NCBI RefSeq assembly: GCF_006345805.1
Contig: NC_043006.1
Span: forward strand, 6,510,001-6,574,000
Reading direction: 5' to 3'
Source: Octopus sinensis
Taxonomy: Eukaryota
DNA length: 64,000 nucleotides
The notes under the pieces were generated by a model, which saw only the letters and a program-made list of their open reading frames with translations, was not told where the DNA came from and made no database searches. Positions 38,710-54,188 of the stretch are shown here, piece after piece. Position 1 is the first letter of the stretch; the number at the start of each line of letters is the position of its first letter. Made by a program: the position numbers and the translations under genes.

Positions 38710-39080
38710 CTCTTTTTACTCTTTTACTTGTTTCAGTCATTTGACTGCGGCCATGCTGGAGCACCGCCTTTAGTCGAGCAACTCGACCCCGGGACTTATT
38801 CTTTGTAAGCCCAGTACTTATTCTATCGGTCTTTTTTGCCGAACCGCTAAGTGACGGGGACGTAAACACACCAGCATCGGTTGTCAAGCAATGCTAGAGG
38901 GACAAACACAGACACACAAACATATACACACACATACATATATATATACATATATACGACAGGCTTCTTTCAGTTTCCGTCTACAGCAGAAGACACTTGC
39001 CCAAGATGCCACGCAGTGGGACTGAACCCGGGACCATGTGGTTGGTAAACAAGCTACTTACCACACAGCCACTCCTGCGC
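38710..39080 (-). mobile_element. CORE-type SINE, family B
   Basis: Full-length reverse-complement match. Confidence 0.88.
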
Positions 39081-39081
39081 C

Positions 39082-39152
<71 letters not shown>

Positions 39153-42100
39153 GTGTTTGTGTGTGTGTATGTATGCATATATGCATGTATGTATGCATGT
39201 ATGTGCGTGTGGTGCGTGTGCCTTTGTGTATGTGTTTGTCCCCCCCACCACAACTTCACAACCGGTAGTTGAGTGATTATGTCCCGTACCATTATCTAGC
39301 GTTACGATAAAAGACATCGATGGAATAAGTACCAGGCTTTAATTCAACCAGCAATTCAACCAGTCGTCACCTCAGTCCATTCCCTAACAATACATCATGC
39401 GACAAGATCTGACTCTCATTCTCTAATAATTTATAATCTTATAAATGATTCATTAATGTCTGTCAAATTTATATACCACATGTGTAAACGAAACTTTGGA
39501 ACTGTGTCTCAAGTGATGTATTTAAAGCATTTTAGAGAAACTGCTTCAACACAAAATTGTGACATGTATGTGACCCCTGGCACATCTAGATTAAAGTCGA
39601 TATCATGAAGTATGCTTTTACATCGATATATGTCAGCTGTACGGCCGTGTAATGGTAGACTGAGTTTCGTTCATTTCGTCGATATAGAGTCCCTGAATCG
39701 ATACTTCGTGAGCATGTATTTCCTAATAAAATCGAAACGCCTTCACCATCACCACGCGCGGTATAACTACCTTTAAAAGCAGCCCTAAGTTATAGAATTA
39801 TGGGAGAATATATGCGTGTACGTAATATGTTCGAGCTGGGAAGGTATTTCCAAACATAAAAGTTAGATAAACACCCTAGCCTTCTGCTATAAAAAATAGT
39901 AATATATTTATTGTATCTTCGTTCACCAGAAGCAAATATGCATATAAAATAAGAGTTGCAATAATAAGTTGTTCTTCTAAAAATTCTACATGTTATTCAG
40001 TGTATGAATTAGATCTCTTGGAAATATAATCAACACAAACTACTTCAGTGAACTTCGTCTAAATTCGAATGAAGTTGTTACTTTAGTTAAACTTGGATGG
40101 AAATATACTAGTTGTAAACCTCACACGTACATATTCACAAATAGGGCGCAGTTAAAAACAAAAAAATATATTTTGGTTGCGTCTGAGTGTTTTTTTTTTC
40201 GAAATATTCGATCGAGCTAACCTTTTCAGGTTTACGAAATCTAATGCAACGTATTCATAGCATTAAAATCACGAAAACCAAATAAAAAATGAAAATGTTC
40301 AGCTAAATTCCATAAACAAGCTAAGTTGTATTTAGGCCTGAATGAAATTGCAAGTAAAATGTTCATGAGATAGAACAGTAATGTCTTTTCATCTCTTTGA
40401 GTATGAAGGATAAACGAAGACAGATAATAATATGGTACAAAAGAAGAAGTATCTCCCTATCTATATCCGGGATATAGACAGAGAGATATTCAAACCTTGA
40501 ATAGTTGACACACAAAATGGTTCTCGCAGAACAATAGAAATCCATGAAATAATGACAGAACCGCCAACCGTGTGCGAAGTAAATTCTGACAAAGCTTTCA
40601 AAATTCCCACAACAAATGTACCTAGCATGTATGTTTGCAGAGAGTTCAGAAAAATACAAGATTTTATAGGAAAAGTAATATTGACTTCTTCAATGATAAA
40701 ATCTGGAGCAATTATTCTTATTACGCTCAAAACATCACAATTGCGTATAGAATATATTTTAAAATATGTTTCATCAAGAAGCTATTCTTCGTGTGTATGA
40801 TCCGGAAGTAATAAAAACTTACAATACATCACTAAGGTCATAAACAGAGATTAGTATGAAATTAAGATGTTTTATTTTCACCCACGATGTTATTTTTCTA
40901 ATAATGCAAAAATTCAAGATACCTTACCAGTGATTCGAGTGCCAAATGTTCTGAAATGAGATTAAACAGACGCTTTATTTTCAAATGGTACACAGCAAGT
41001 AATAATAAATACATGTATTATGTACAGAAATCTACACAGAAAACCGCAACACCTTCTGCGACAGTCATGTTTTGAAAACCTTTGGTTAGATATGAAACAA
41101 GCTAACTCAAATCCTAGCATCAAACAAATTCACCATCCACTACTAAAAGGACAAGAGCTTAAAGTAATCTCTTTTTCCCAAACATCGATCACATTTCGTA
41201 CTAAAGCCCTAAAAATCTCCTGAATCTAACGTTGTGCATCCACCTAAACCTTTGATATTAGTAACAACATACACATATATCTTGCAGAAAAGTTATTCAC
41301 ATCATTAAACATTGTTAGTTTAATAGTTAACAACATTTCATGTCTACTCACTGTTTTCAGATACTGTTTCATTCTAGCACAAAATCTCTTGTAATTTACT
41401 CATATCCACACGAACAAAATCACCTGGAAATTCATTTCCACAAATGTACCTGTTGTTGCATACAAAGCCACAACATTCACATTATACATAGAGCAGTTTT
41501 ATATCCTCACTCACTCAACTATAATTCATACACTAATAATAAGAATAACAGCAGTACATATCTGACCACTTTTACTACGTCCATTTATTTCCAGCCACTG
41601 TGACCACCACACGAATTTGCAAGCCTAATTTAATAGATTTTGGTCTATGTAGAGTGCGATATGCGCAGACCGTCACTTACTGCGTAATAACATTCTCAAC
41701 TCTGTCTGAAAATGTGCACGAGTTCTACATCTACTCTAGTTATAAACTGGAAAGATTATTATCTAATCTATGCTTTCTTATTCTATGAAATAATCATATT
41801 TAGGAGAGTTCGATGAAGGTTAATCATGAAAGTGGAACAACAACAATAATCACCTAATGAATATTGCCATATCTGATAACGGCACACCCAAATTTAATGT
41901 CGTCGTTATAAGTTCAATCAACAGCTAGGAATATTGAGATGTAACATATAGTATAATGAGCTACACATACCCTTCTGAAGATGCCATACTTTATATTAAA
42001 TCACTTCAAACAATGATTTATTACTTGTTAATGATCCTACCGAGGTTGAAAATTCCTTAAGATCTACCAGGATCAGTAAATCAAACAAGTTATACTATAC

Positions 42101-42965
42101 TCATTTTCACAAATTTAGTGCTAAAAGATTCATGATATATGAAGTACAGCGAGCAAAATGCGTACGTCAAAATCCCGGTTTTTTGTGGAGTATGTTACAC
42201 AATTAATATTGTCAGCTATGTCCAAGAGATATATCTGTTATTCAAAGATGAATAGCCATGAAGTACCACGAAAAGAATATTTGTCGACTCATGTGCACTG
42301 AAGTTGAAATCTGAACCTAGGATATTGGTTCAGCAACCGGATCTTTTATATGAGAATCGAGAATAACGATTCAATAACATATTGCAATATGTCGGGCATT
42401 CTGTAATTTTGATATTCACATGCACCAATTATAAACATGTCTAAATTGAAATACACTCTGGATAATAATGACAAGGTGTTCATCATCTCCAATAATTTAG
42501 CAGATGGGAGGCTTATACCTAACTTATACAACGCAATAATATAATTGGTTAACGGTGCAGATATAATGTATTTCCTAGAAATGTTATCATTGGAAAGTTG
42601 TCAATCTATAGGATTTATTGATTAAATCTTGCATTCTTCGCAATATGTACGAAGGGTACAAATAGATCTGCATTTGGATACTCGGTGAATATTATTGCTG
42701 TCATCTGCCATCCATTATCAAGGAATTTTCCATTAATTAAAGTAAGGTTCTACGCTTGACATATCAATGGAATCTGCTGCATTAAGTTGTTCGTGGCTAA
42801 TACATTTATATATCACCGCCACAGTCTACATCGTAGGAGATAGTTTCCATTACTAATTAGTAAATGTTATGTGCATCACTATTATGGCTCTGTGTGAAGG
42901 TGTTGAGTTACATTACTATACTGAAGTTAATCGGCGGCGTGTGATACGTCAACGATAAACGGCAG

Positions 42966-43003
<38 letters not shown>

Positions 43004-43245
43004 TTTCACTATTTATTTTTTAAAACCTAAGTGATTCATAAATTGACTAAGGGACCTGCGGGAGATGCCTAGTTCATAGGAAGCATTCTTTTTTTTTTTA
43101 TTGCTGTGGCGTTTGAGTGAATGCTTGATGCACAAGAATTTCATTTTCTTCAGATCGACCTCCTTGCGCATTGAAACTACAATAGTTTCCACGCAACGTA
43201 GTTCTCCAGGTATGCAGGTACTTGATTATGCAATTGTTCCCCTGC

Positions 43246-43991
<746 letters not shown>

Positions 43992-44681
43992 TATATATAT
44001 ATATAAATTCTACCAAATGCACCCGTTCTTTGAACGGTGTAATTTATTATAATGGTGCATTCCTGTGGATGATTTAAGTTGAATTAGCCAGTAATTGGAA
44101 GTCGTTTCAAGTTAATAAGCGTAAAATGTATAATTATCATTTTCTTTAGCAGTTTATGATATGGTATTATCATAAATATAGTCAATGAATAAATTTTGTT
44201 GAACACAAATTTAGCAGTTAGTAATGAATGAAAGTCCATGAAATAAGGTCGCAACAGCAGTAGGTATTATGAATTCTATATCTCGAAGCAATTTGTATCA
44301 TGTACGAAGAGAAATATGTTTGCAGCTGTATATTATATCACACCCTGGTGGAATGAATGAAATGACGAGAGGATATGTGATCAAGGTTACACAAAACTGT
44401 TTGATTAATATTCTTCTTTGTTCTTTTCTTTTTTCTTTCCATCTCCTTTTACCAGTTGTAAAATTTAACTCTGAAGACTGATGATGTCATTCCATCAACG
44501 TGTGGAAGCTGGTAGCTCTCGTTCTTATTTTGGATTTGAATTTCTATAATTTTGAATTTTTATCTCTTTCCATTATGATCTCGACAAAGACAGGCTTGCA
44601 GTCGAAATAACGTTAAAAAAACAAAATATCTATTGCAATCGCATCGCGTTCATCATATTGCATAATAATATAATAATAATA

Positions 44682-44724
<43 letters not shown>

Positions 44725-44735
44725 TAAAAAAAATA

Positions 44736-44793
44736 TTTTTTTATTACCCACAAGGGGCTAAACATAGAGGGAACAAACAAGGACAGACAAACG
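44736..44793 (-). mobile_element. SINE family D 3' tail beside (TAA)n
   Basis: Reverse complement of 37715-37772. Confidence 0.7.
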
Positions 44794-44800
44794 AGACTGA

Positions 44801-45265
44801 TTCTTAAGTCGAAATTAAGCGGACGGAAGAAGATCAAAGCTATCAATACCTGGGCGGTTTCACTCCTTAGACATGGAGCAGGGGTAATCGCATGTACAGT
44901 AGACGAACTAAACAGCTAAGAAAGAAAGACAAGGTAGTTGCTAACTAGATATGGGTCACCTAAAATGTGACACAGACGGACTGTTTGTACCAAGAAAAAG
45001 AGGGGGATAAGGACTTATTGGATGCAAACACAGCATTAGAGCAGAAGAAACCAACATAACTTGGTATGTGAAAAATGCCACAGAACCGCTATTATTAGAA
45101 GTAAGAAGGTCAGGCTTTTGTAGGATGAAAGATTGCAACGATAAAGCACTATACAAGAAATTGAAAACGAATGAAACAGAAAATAGATGGGTAAAGAAAA
45201 AAATGCATGGTCAATTTCATAGGGATGTTGAAGATATGACAGGTAGAGAAAACATCAGGGATGCT
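44801..45265 (+). pseudogene. R4/Dong-type RT-thumb relic
   Basis: LKSKLSGRKKIKAINTWAVSLLRHGAGVI; WVKKKMHGQFHRD. Confidence 0.75.
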
Positions 45266-48200
45266 TAGTATTTATTCAACTGAGACCTTTCTATTTGGAA
45301 ATTTATAATAGTTTGGTATTATCATTTTCAGAATGCTCTTCAAAGCGTCATCTGCCTAATGCTTTTGAAAGTTTTATGGCTTCCCTATCAACTTTGTATC
45401 TTTAGCAATTTTCATCAGCTCTTGAAATGTTTCACTACTTTTATGGCAATGAGTTGTTATTACGTGACCAACATCCGTTGCTATTTAAATAAACTAATTG
45501 TAATTTTTTTGCAAGATTTATGTACACCATAGATATTCAAATAATTTAATATTTTACTTTCTCTGTTGTTTTCCAAATTCTCTGTGGAAGAAAGAAAATT
45601 AAACAATGGTTCTAAAATAGTTGCCTCGTAAATTGAAAACAACATTTGCTTGATTCAATTAAATTAATAAATTGAAACTGATTACATAGCTAAATCAACA
45701 TTGGGTACATGCGTAAAGCTATATTGATTACATTAAGACGTAAAAGAAAGTTAAAATCAATATTTTGAAATAGATTTCTATGAAAAGAGAATTTTATTCT
45801 ATGCGAGAAAGAAAAATAATAAAATATGCGTCAAATATTGAAAATGAAGTTTTCTTGATTATTTATTTCAAGTTTATAGAAAATTAAATAAAATGTTTGA
45901 AACTTCAACATTATCCATGTTTAGGTTTGTCATCTTCAATTAAGAGAAACTAGATAAATAGAAATGTTCATCGTTCCAATACATCGGCATTGTACTGGTG
46001 AGATTCTTTGCTTTTAAAAACACAAATTATCGAACTATTAATTTAACCCTAAATCTCATTTTCAAACAATAATTCATATTGAAATTAAATTTAAAGTGGT
46101 TTTTTTTTTCATATTGGAAACTTTTTTCATATCTTGTTTCCATTTACATTATTTCAATTATAAAAATGATACTTGTTATGAAACCTCAGTTTTAAAAATT
46201 TCAACAAGGAAAGTGATGATGATGATGATGATGTCTGATGCTGGTAACGATGATGATGATGGTGATGATGACGATGAGAAGGAGAGGAGGGGCGAGTGAT
46301 AAAAGATAATGTTATCGTGTTGTCTGTTAATAGCATCAAGGGAAAGCGGTTGTTAACCCAGAGATAGTCTTGCCGGATAAGACGATAGTTTGTAAAATTT
46401 AAGTATATAACAGCGTGATCGACAGAATCAGAGAGGTGATGATTAGTCCGTTAAAACAGGTTTTAATAGGTCATTTTATTACCACTGAGAAAAAATTGGA
46501 AGGGAAACCTAAACTGCAAATTTTGTGGTGTTTAAAGAATGAAGGTATTTATTAAACAATCAGATTCTAGTTTGGACTGGCTATACTGATTTCTTTTCTT
46601 ATATAAGAGTATGATGTATCTGACCAATGTATTATGATTGTGAAATAATAAAAGATAATATGAGTTTGTTTTCTTACATATATGTTATGCAGCAGATTCG
46701 ACACGGAACGAACTCTATGAAAAAGATGTGATTTCCTTTTGACTTTGTATATACACTTTGGTGTTTGAATAGTAGGTAATGCAAAAGTCGATTTCTTTTG
46801 TCGAAAGATGTCTTCAACTTGTTTATAATGCGTATGAAACATGCTAATGTATATACAGAATGAGAAATATAATTGTGATGGATTATGTGTTATGCAATTT
46901 TCTCTCGTTGTTCATGATAATGGAGGCTTATGATAACCGATACAATTTCTGGTTTAAATAATTCATGTTGCTTACATTCGACCTTTAGTGATTTCGATTT
47001 AATGAACAGTGGATGTGACTTTGCTATGAATATTACGTGGATCAGTACACATGCACAATCGAGAACTGAATCACTCAGAATTATGTATTTAGACACTATA
47101 AGCAAAAAGAACAAATTATATATGCTAATTGCATTTTAGACGTAGAAACATCTTGTCAATGAATATTTCCTTTTCGCTTATAGAACTAGTAATTGGTGAT
47201 GGTTTCTTATGCATTAGTGAGGTGACTGTCGTAAAATGAAAGTAAAATTTCTTTCTAGATATTCGTTAGTTTGCAAAAAATAAGCAAATTCGAATATTCT
47301 CGTTAACTTGAAATTAGAATAACCTACTTATATAACTGCAAATCAATAGGTTTATTTTCGCAAAGGCCACATATGTATTTGAAAAAATAATGCCTACAAA
47401 TATAAATGAGTTGCACATATCATCTATGCCTTTTCTCCTTATCTACAATATATTACAATATATTCTACAATATATTAAAAATATCGAGAGATCCAAAAAC
47501 ACAAAGAAGGAAAATTCGAAATGTCATATCACTACACAGTAGATATAGTATGCAATGTTAAACTACTTTCAAATTGTCAATAGCAATTGCTCCAGGAAAT
47601 TTTCTGTTCACTGTTATGCTCTGGATTCGCAAAAATTCAGAAGACAGATAATCTAGAAATCCTTATATTAATACGATATATGATTAATAACAATACAAAA
47701 TGTAAATCTTCCAAAACTTGCATGCTTCCATGTGGTTTTTACTAACAAAAATCAACGATATATGCTATAATATGAAATACATATAATTCAATCAATTAGT
47801 ATTAAATTAATTTTAACAATGTTAGGAAATAGACATTGAAATAATCAACGTACTTCTATAATACTCATAAATAATATTTCTGCTGGATCATGTTCTTTAT
47901 ATGTGTAGCAATTGTTTACTGGTAACGTTAAAGAAATTTACATGACAGGCAAGAAAGAATATATACAAGAATATCCTATTTAAAGGACATATCTGCACAG
48001 AAACTTTTAATACAGTTACATACGTAATTTTTCTGAATGCACGTAGGGTCAGGGTGTTGCACACTCGATCGGAAGATCGTGGTTTCTATTTCCGGACCGT
48101 ACGGTGTATCTTTCTTTTTCTTTTTTTTTTGAGCAAAACACATCAGTTCACAAGGTTCCAGTACAGTCAGTTATGAGTAAAACTGCGAGAGACTGGAGTT

Positions 48201-48474
48201 CAGTTCCCGGGAATGTTGTGGTCTCGGTCACATATACGCCATGGAACCAGAAGTCATCTGACTTCTTGTGGGCATCGAATCAAAATCAGCTCCCTTTTCT
48301 ATGATTCTCTTGCTTTAACATAGGCACAAACGGCGGCTCAGTGCTCCCTCTGTGTCATCATTGAAAACGGTTTAAATGGATTTGACGTATCTGATGTCAG
48401 CCTGCGGAAGCTGAATTCTACATCCCGATGGCTGTGTGTGTGTGTATGTGCGTGTGTTTGTGCGTATGTGTGTG

Positions 48475-48522
<48 letters not shown>

Positions 48523-48876
48523 CCCATATATTATGAGAGAAATCTTATTGAACCGTTTGAGTTCTGTTGTATTGAAATACATATCCAGAGCTGCCAGGCA
48601 AACACACGGTCTTTTCAGTAATGGAATGTCAGTATAGAAAAATTCTTGATATATTGAAATCATTTCACTGTCTCATCAAGAGTTGATCGCGACTACTTTC
48701 ATGCGATTACTATACATTCTTTGAAATCGGGGATTATTTGGATAAATCATTCTTGTTATAACATATAATTATATAACTATATTTGATATAAGGAATTTCA
48801 CTTTATTATTCAATGTTATACCATTCGCTCCTCAGAATTATTTCTTTCAACTTACTTCCGATCGAGCATACACACA

Positions 48877-48921
<45 letters not shown>

Positions 48922-49441
48922 TATATATATACACATTTATAGTGCAGCTAACTCAATTCTAATACATAATATAATTGGAACACATATTTTTGTATTGAGA
49001 AAAAAGTGAGTATTACGTTACAGGTGCCTAAATATTTAAATAAATTTTGTATTTGTCATTGGTTGGAATTAGATATTAAAAATTATTGAAAAGAAAACAA
49101 AAAACATATTACACGTTTTACCTAGAAGTGATAACTATACCTGACGCAACTATTCGAACAGAAATGTGTGCATTATTTTGAAGAAAATTCATTGTGGTTT
49201 TAAGACCGATTAAATTTATTGGGGAAATTATCAGATTGGCAGCTGTGCATCGAAACTATCGGTAAATAGGAAAATTAGGAGAGCAAAGTTTGGCAAAGTA
49301 ATTAACTAATGCAAAGTTTTTAATACTATGTTTCCAAAGAAACAGAAAATACAGAAATTAATATTTGTATAAAAAGTAAAGGGGAAAAATCTAGCATAAA
49401 CTCCTGTTTGTTTAAATATGAACATATGAACAATGTAGGTG

Positions 49442-49564
<123 letters not shown>

Positions 49565-49667
49565 CCTACGAGGTGATGCACCTAGATTATAATGATTCAT
49601 ATCGTTCTCTCCCTCGTCTCCTCTTTCTTTCTCTCTCTCCCCTATATATATATATATATATATATAT

Positions 49668-49701
<34 letters not shown>

Positions 49702-49824
49702 GTGTTTGTACGTGTGTAAATATATCTGCAATAATGGTTCGTGCTAGGAAAAGCAAAAACTGATTCGTTATTTACAATTTTCGCACAAATTTATATACAT
49801 TTATATATATACATATATATATAT

Positions 49825-49868
<44 letters not shown>

Positions 49869-49959
49869 TTTGATACTTTGAAATACTTTGAAAGGTTTCG
49901 GCCATTATTGGCCCAGGCCATGTCTAACTTAATAGCACCACCTGGTGAAGTCTTTCAAG

Positions 49960-52920
49960 TCAGAATTTGGGCACTATGGCCCACTCAAGTAGAGAGTTAT
50001 TGTTTACAGAGACATATCCGGGTGTAGGGGGTTTATCCGGGATTTCTTGAAGGAATCTGTCCAAAGACTTCTTGAACCCTATAGGGTCTGTTTCTGTTTT
50101 AATGTGTTTTGGTGTAATGTTAAAGAGAGAGCGGGGCCAATTGAGGTGAAATAATTGTGCCGTATTGTTGTTATGAGATGAGAGTGCGATTTTTGTTTTG
50201 GGCGGATGGCACGGGGCCCAAGCCTTGGATGTACCTTAAAGGTGATGCCAACATCATTTGGGCAATGCTGATGGAATATTTTCCACATCATGCAGATGAT
50301 GTAGCGCTCACGACGACGTTGGAGAGAATAGAGTTTTAGCTTTTCTAGCCGACCCCAATAGTCGAGGCCTGTCATGCCATCTATCTTTTTTGTGATTGCC
50401 CTTTGAGGTGCTTCAACTTTTATGATACCTTGTATTGTGTGGGGACCACAGTGGACAACAGTATTCAAGGTGGGGTCGGGCAAAAGTGGAGAAGAGAAGG
50501 ATAATGGTTGGATATCTCTCGACTGGAAAGTTCTGAGAATCCAGGAACACATTCTGCGGGCCATGTCAACTTTGGTGTTTATATGAGTGGCCCAGCTTAC
50601 GTTGTTGTCCACAATTACTCCCAAGTCTCTGATGTTGTTGGACGCCGCGAGTTTCACACCTGAAGGAAGGGAGTATGGGAGTTTCAGGGCATCCTCTTTT
50701 CCAAAGTGGATTAGCTCAAATTTATCCTCGTTCAGCAGCATATTGTTTTTTTCTGCCCATTGGATAACAGCCAGTAGATCTGACTGAAGGCATGTCCGGT
50801 CACTCGCCTCATTTATGACCTTCTGTAGCTTGGAGTCATCTGCAAAGATTTTTATGTTGCTGTGCTTGATGATGTCATTAATGTCATTAATGTAAATGAT
50901 GAAAAGAAGTGGGCCCAGCACAGTGCCTTGCGGAACGCCACTACTGACTTTGGCTGGGCTTGATTTTACCCCTTCAACTACAACATGTTGAGATCTGTCT
51001 GTCAGGAAACACTTAATCCATTTCAGTAACTTTCCAGAGACACCAATGTTGGATAGTTTTTCAATAGGATCTTGTGATCGACCCTGTCGAAGGCCTTACT
51101 GAAATCAAGGTAGATGACATCGGTGTTGGAGCCCTCTCCCAAAGCTCTCAAAATGTCCTCAAAGTGATGCAGGAGCTTCGTTAGACAGTCCCTTCCATTA
51201 CGGAACCCATGTTGGTTGGAGATCAGCCGTCTGTTGCTTTCCAGAAATTGGGTTATTCGAGATCTCACCACCCTCTCAAATACCTTGATGATATGAGAGG
51301 TGAGTGAGATCGGACGGTAGTTCACTGCAAGGGACTTGCTTCCCTTTTTGAAAACTGGGACAACAGACTGGGACAGAAGGTTTTTTGGAATATAGCCAGC
51401 ATCCAGTGAGTTTCTCCACAGATTAGCAAGGGGAGATGCAAGTTGGTGTCGACACACCTTCAGGACACAAGCAGGGAACCTATCGGGGCCTACTGCTGAA
51501 TTGTGTTTTATTTCGTTTATCGCCGCTAAGACATCAGGGGCACTAAACGTTATGTCCGATATAGTGTGTTGGGGGTTGACATCACTGATACAGCCCAGAT
51601 CGGCCATATCAGGATTGCTGAAAACAGAGCAGTATTGTTTCTGCAGTATCTCGGCCATGGATTTGGCATTATCTTGGAGAGTGCCAGTTTCGTCAATTAG
51701 AGGGCCTACAGTGGAGACAGTGACCCTGCGTTTCCTCGCAAATGAAAAGAACACTTTGGGGTTGAGTTTGATTTTTTCAATGGCCCACTTCTCCTCAGCT
51801 GATCTTTGGTTATTGATGAGGGTCTTCATGCATTGTTGGAGGTTATATTTTTTGGATTCAAGCAGTGCGATAGCCGTCGAATGTGTGTGTTGCTGTTGGC
51901 AGTACTTTAGTTTGTTAATTTTTTGTTTGTTCTTTTTATTTTTCTGATAATGGTTTTTCTGTTTTGGGGGATTCTGCACTTTTTGTTCACAGGTCTTGGT
52001 GGGGAGTGTTTTGCACATATGTCTGTGACGGTGTCTACAAAGATCTGCCAAGATGTTTTATGGTTGGTGGAGATGTGTGTATGTGTAAAGGACCAGTCAA
52101 CATTTGATAGCTCGTTCCTGATTGCATCCCAGTTGGCTTTATGGAGATCCATGTTGTCAAATGGGTGGGCTGGAGGAAGGTCACTAGGATTAGCTTTCGG
52201 CTGGTGGAATTTCATGTTACAGAGAACCATGTCATGGTCTGAAAGAAGGGTTTTTTCCACTGTAACGTTATGTATAGTGTTAGTGTGGTTACTAAACACT
52301 AGGTCCAAAATGTTCTGATGTCTTGTTGGTGCAAGGACAAGTTGGGACAAGAAAAACTCATTCGTAAAGTCGAAAAGTGACTCTGCTGCTTCTTTGTCAG
52401 CGGTTGAGGCGGGAGTGCTTGGTTTCAAACAGTTTGTAGTCCAGTCAACACAGGGTAGATTGAAGTCTCCCATCATGAGTATGTTGCTAGAATGGCACTG
52501 TTGAATAAAGCACTTAATGCTGTTGAGGCATTCTTTAAAGCACAGTATGGGTGTTTGGGGCGGCCTATAGAGCCCAATTACTGTCAGGTCATTGGCTTTG
52601 TTGTGCACGGTGACTGATTCACAGTAGCCATTGGAGAATATACTATTTCCATCTGCCGTAAATGAATCATGCAGGAAAATGGCAGTTCCACCCTTCCTCC
52701 TGCCGATACGATCCGCGGATGGTTGTGAAATTCTTCACTCTCACTTCGGCTTCCAAGTGGGAGTTGTCAAGGTGGGTCTCAGTGAGAATGAAGAAAGGGA
52801 TGTGGTGTGAATGGTTACCAACCCAGTCTTCAATGAATTGGACCTTCCATTTTTGGCATTGATGGAAGGGCTGACACCTTGTGCATTGAGTAGGAATGTG
52901 GAGGTTAGTGTAGTGGCTGG
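49960..52920 (-). CDS. LINE ORF2 (APE endonuclease and reverse transcriptase), frameshifted as assembled
   Basis: LTETHL, GLYRPP, MGDFNLP, NYRPISLTS, QHGFR, YLDFSKAFDRVDH, GVPQGTVLGPLLFIIYIND, FADD. Confidence 0.9.
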
Positions 52921-53029
52921 TTTTGACTGTTGCAGGGGGCTTGGATTTTTTGTGTGTGTTAGTGGCAGCAATGTGGGGAATTGGTGCACTGGGGTAATAG
53001 CATAGGATGGTGTTGAGTGATGGCTAGAA

Positions 53030-54188
53030 TGTTTTTGTGTATCTCTTTTGCCATGTTCAACATGGCTAAAAAAGAATTTTCCTGCTTAGGGAGCAGTTTT
53101 TGGCTGGAGGTGTGGTTGCACTGTTGGATAGGGTTGTAGTTTCCACTTTTGTTGTTGTTGTTTTTGTGTCTTCCTGAAAAGACTGGACCAGCATTACTGC
53201 AGCATGGTGTGTTTCTATTTTTATTGTTATTCAGGTTTGTGTGTTGGCTTGAGGCCCCGTTTCTGTTGTGCGTCGGGTCCCTGGAAGATGAGTGAAGGGA
53301 CAGTCACTCAGTAGACATGTTCTCTCACGTTGGGAATACCGGCAGATTTTGGGACTCCGAGTTGTGTGTGTTTTGAATTTCGATTTACTATTTGGTGGTG
53401 TTGATGTTATTGTGGGATGCGTGTGCTTTGGCCTTGGCCGGTAGTGCGTCTAGTGCCGGGTAGATGCGTGAAGATGCAGTCACTATTTGTGCAGAGTCTC
53501 TGGCGCAGTGAATAGCGGCATATTTGGGGATTCTTGTTTGTGCCGTGGGGGGCGCATTCTGCTTCCTATGTTTCTTTAAGTTTTTGTTACTGCAGTAGTA
53601 TTGAGGTGGTGATGTGGGGGAAGAGGGCAGTGGTTTCTTATTTGGTTTTCTGTCGGTATTTTTGGTGATAGAAGACGATGGTGGCAGCGGTGGTGATGAT
53701 GATGATGATAATTGTGGTGGTTGCTGTGAGAGCGGTGAAAAGATACTGGCATTTAGTGAATCGTCTAGTAAGCTAGAGTTGAGGAGTGGCTGTTGTTGTT
53801 CTTGTTGCTGTGGCTGTTGTTGTTGTTGTTGTGCCTGACCGATGTCAGGGTCAGCCATTGTGCTGGGAACCAGGAGTGGCTCATTCTGTTGTTGTTGTTG
53901 TTGTGGCTGCTGATTTTCTAGCTGTTGTTGTTCTTGAACTGTGAAAATATGTAGAAGCTTTTCATAATGGCCTCTTATCAGTTTGAAAGATACTTCGATA
54001 TGTTTCAACTTGCTACGAATCTGTTTGACGGATCGTGTGTTGACCACTTGTGATGTTTTTTCGGCAATCTCATTCAAACACAAGACATTTAGATTTCTGT
54101 TTGGAAAGAGAGAGCCATGTGTTTATTAAAACACATCAATTTCGTTATCAGACCAATTTCGTCTGTTGCAGGCCTGCAAGTTAGTCAT
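53030..54188 (-). CDS. LINE ORF1: Myb/SANT-like N-terminus, polyQ/P linker, two CCCH fingers; frameshifted as assembled
   Basis: ATG at 54188: MTNLQACNRRNWSDNEIDV...LNEIAEKTSQVVNTRSVKQIRSKLKHIEVSFK; C-x8-C-x4-C-x3-H at 53464-53520 and 53288-53344. Confidence 0.6.

Noticed and set aside
40363-40659. GPCR TM3-like stretch FCHYFMDFYCSARTILCVNYSRF
   Set aside because: Spacing to a DRY-equivalent is wrong and both strands have similar-length ORFs
41600-41788. Kinase-like IDFGLCR motif
   Set aside because: No HRD, APE or other kinase motif at the proper spacing; likely chance
44269-44640. Possible GIY-YIG C-terminus (HPGGMN) and degenerate hammerhead near 44580
   Set aside because: Too degenerate; the core does not match CUGANGA
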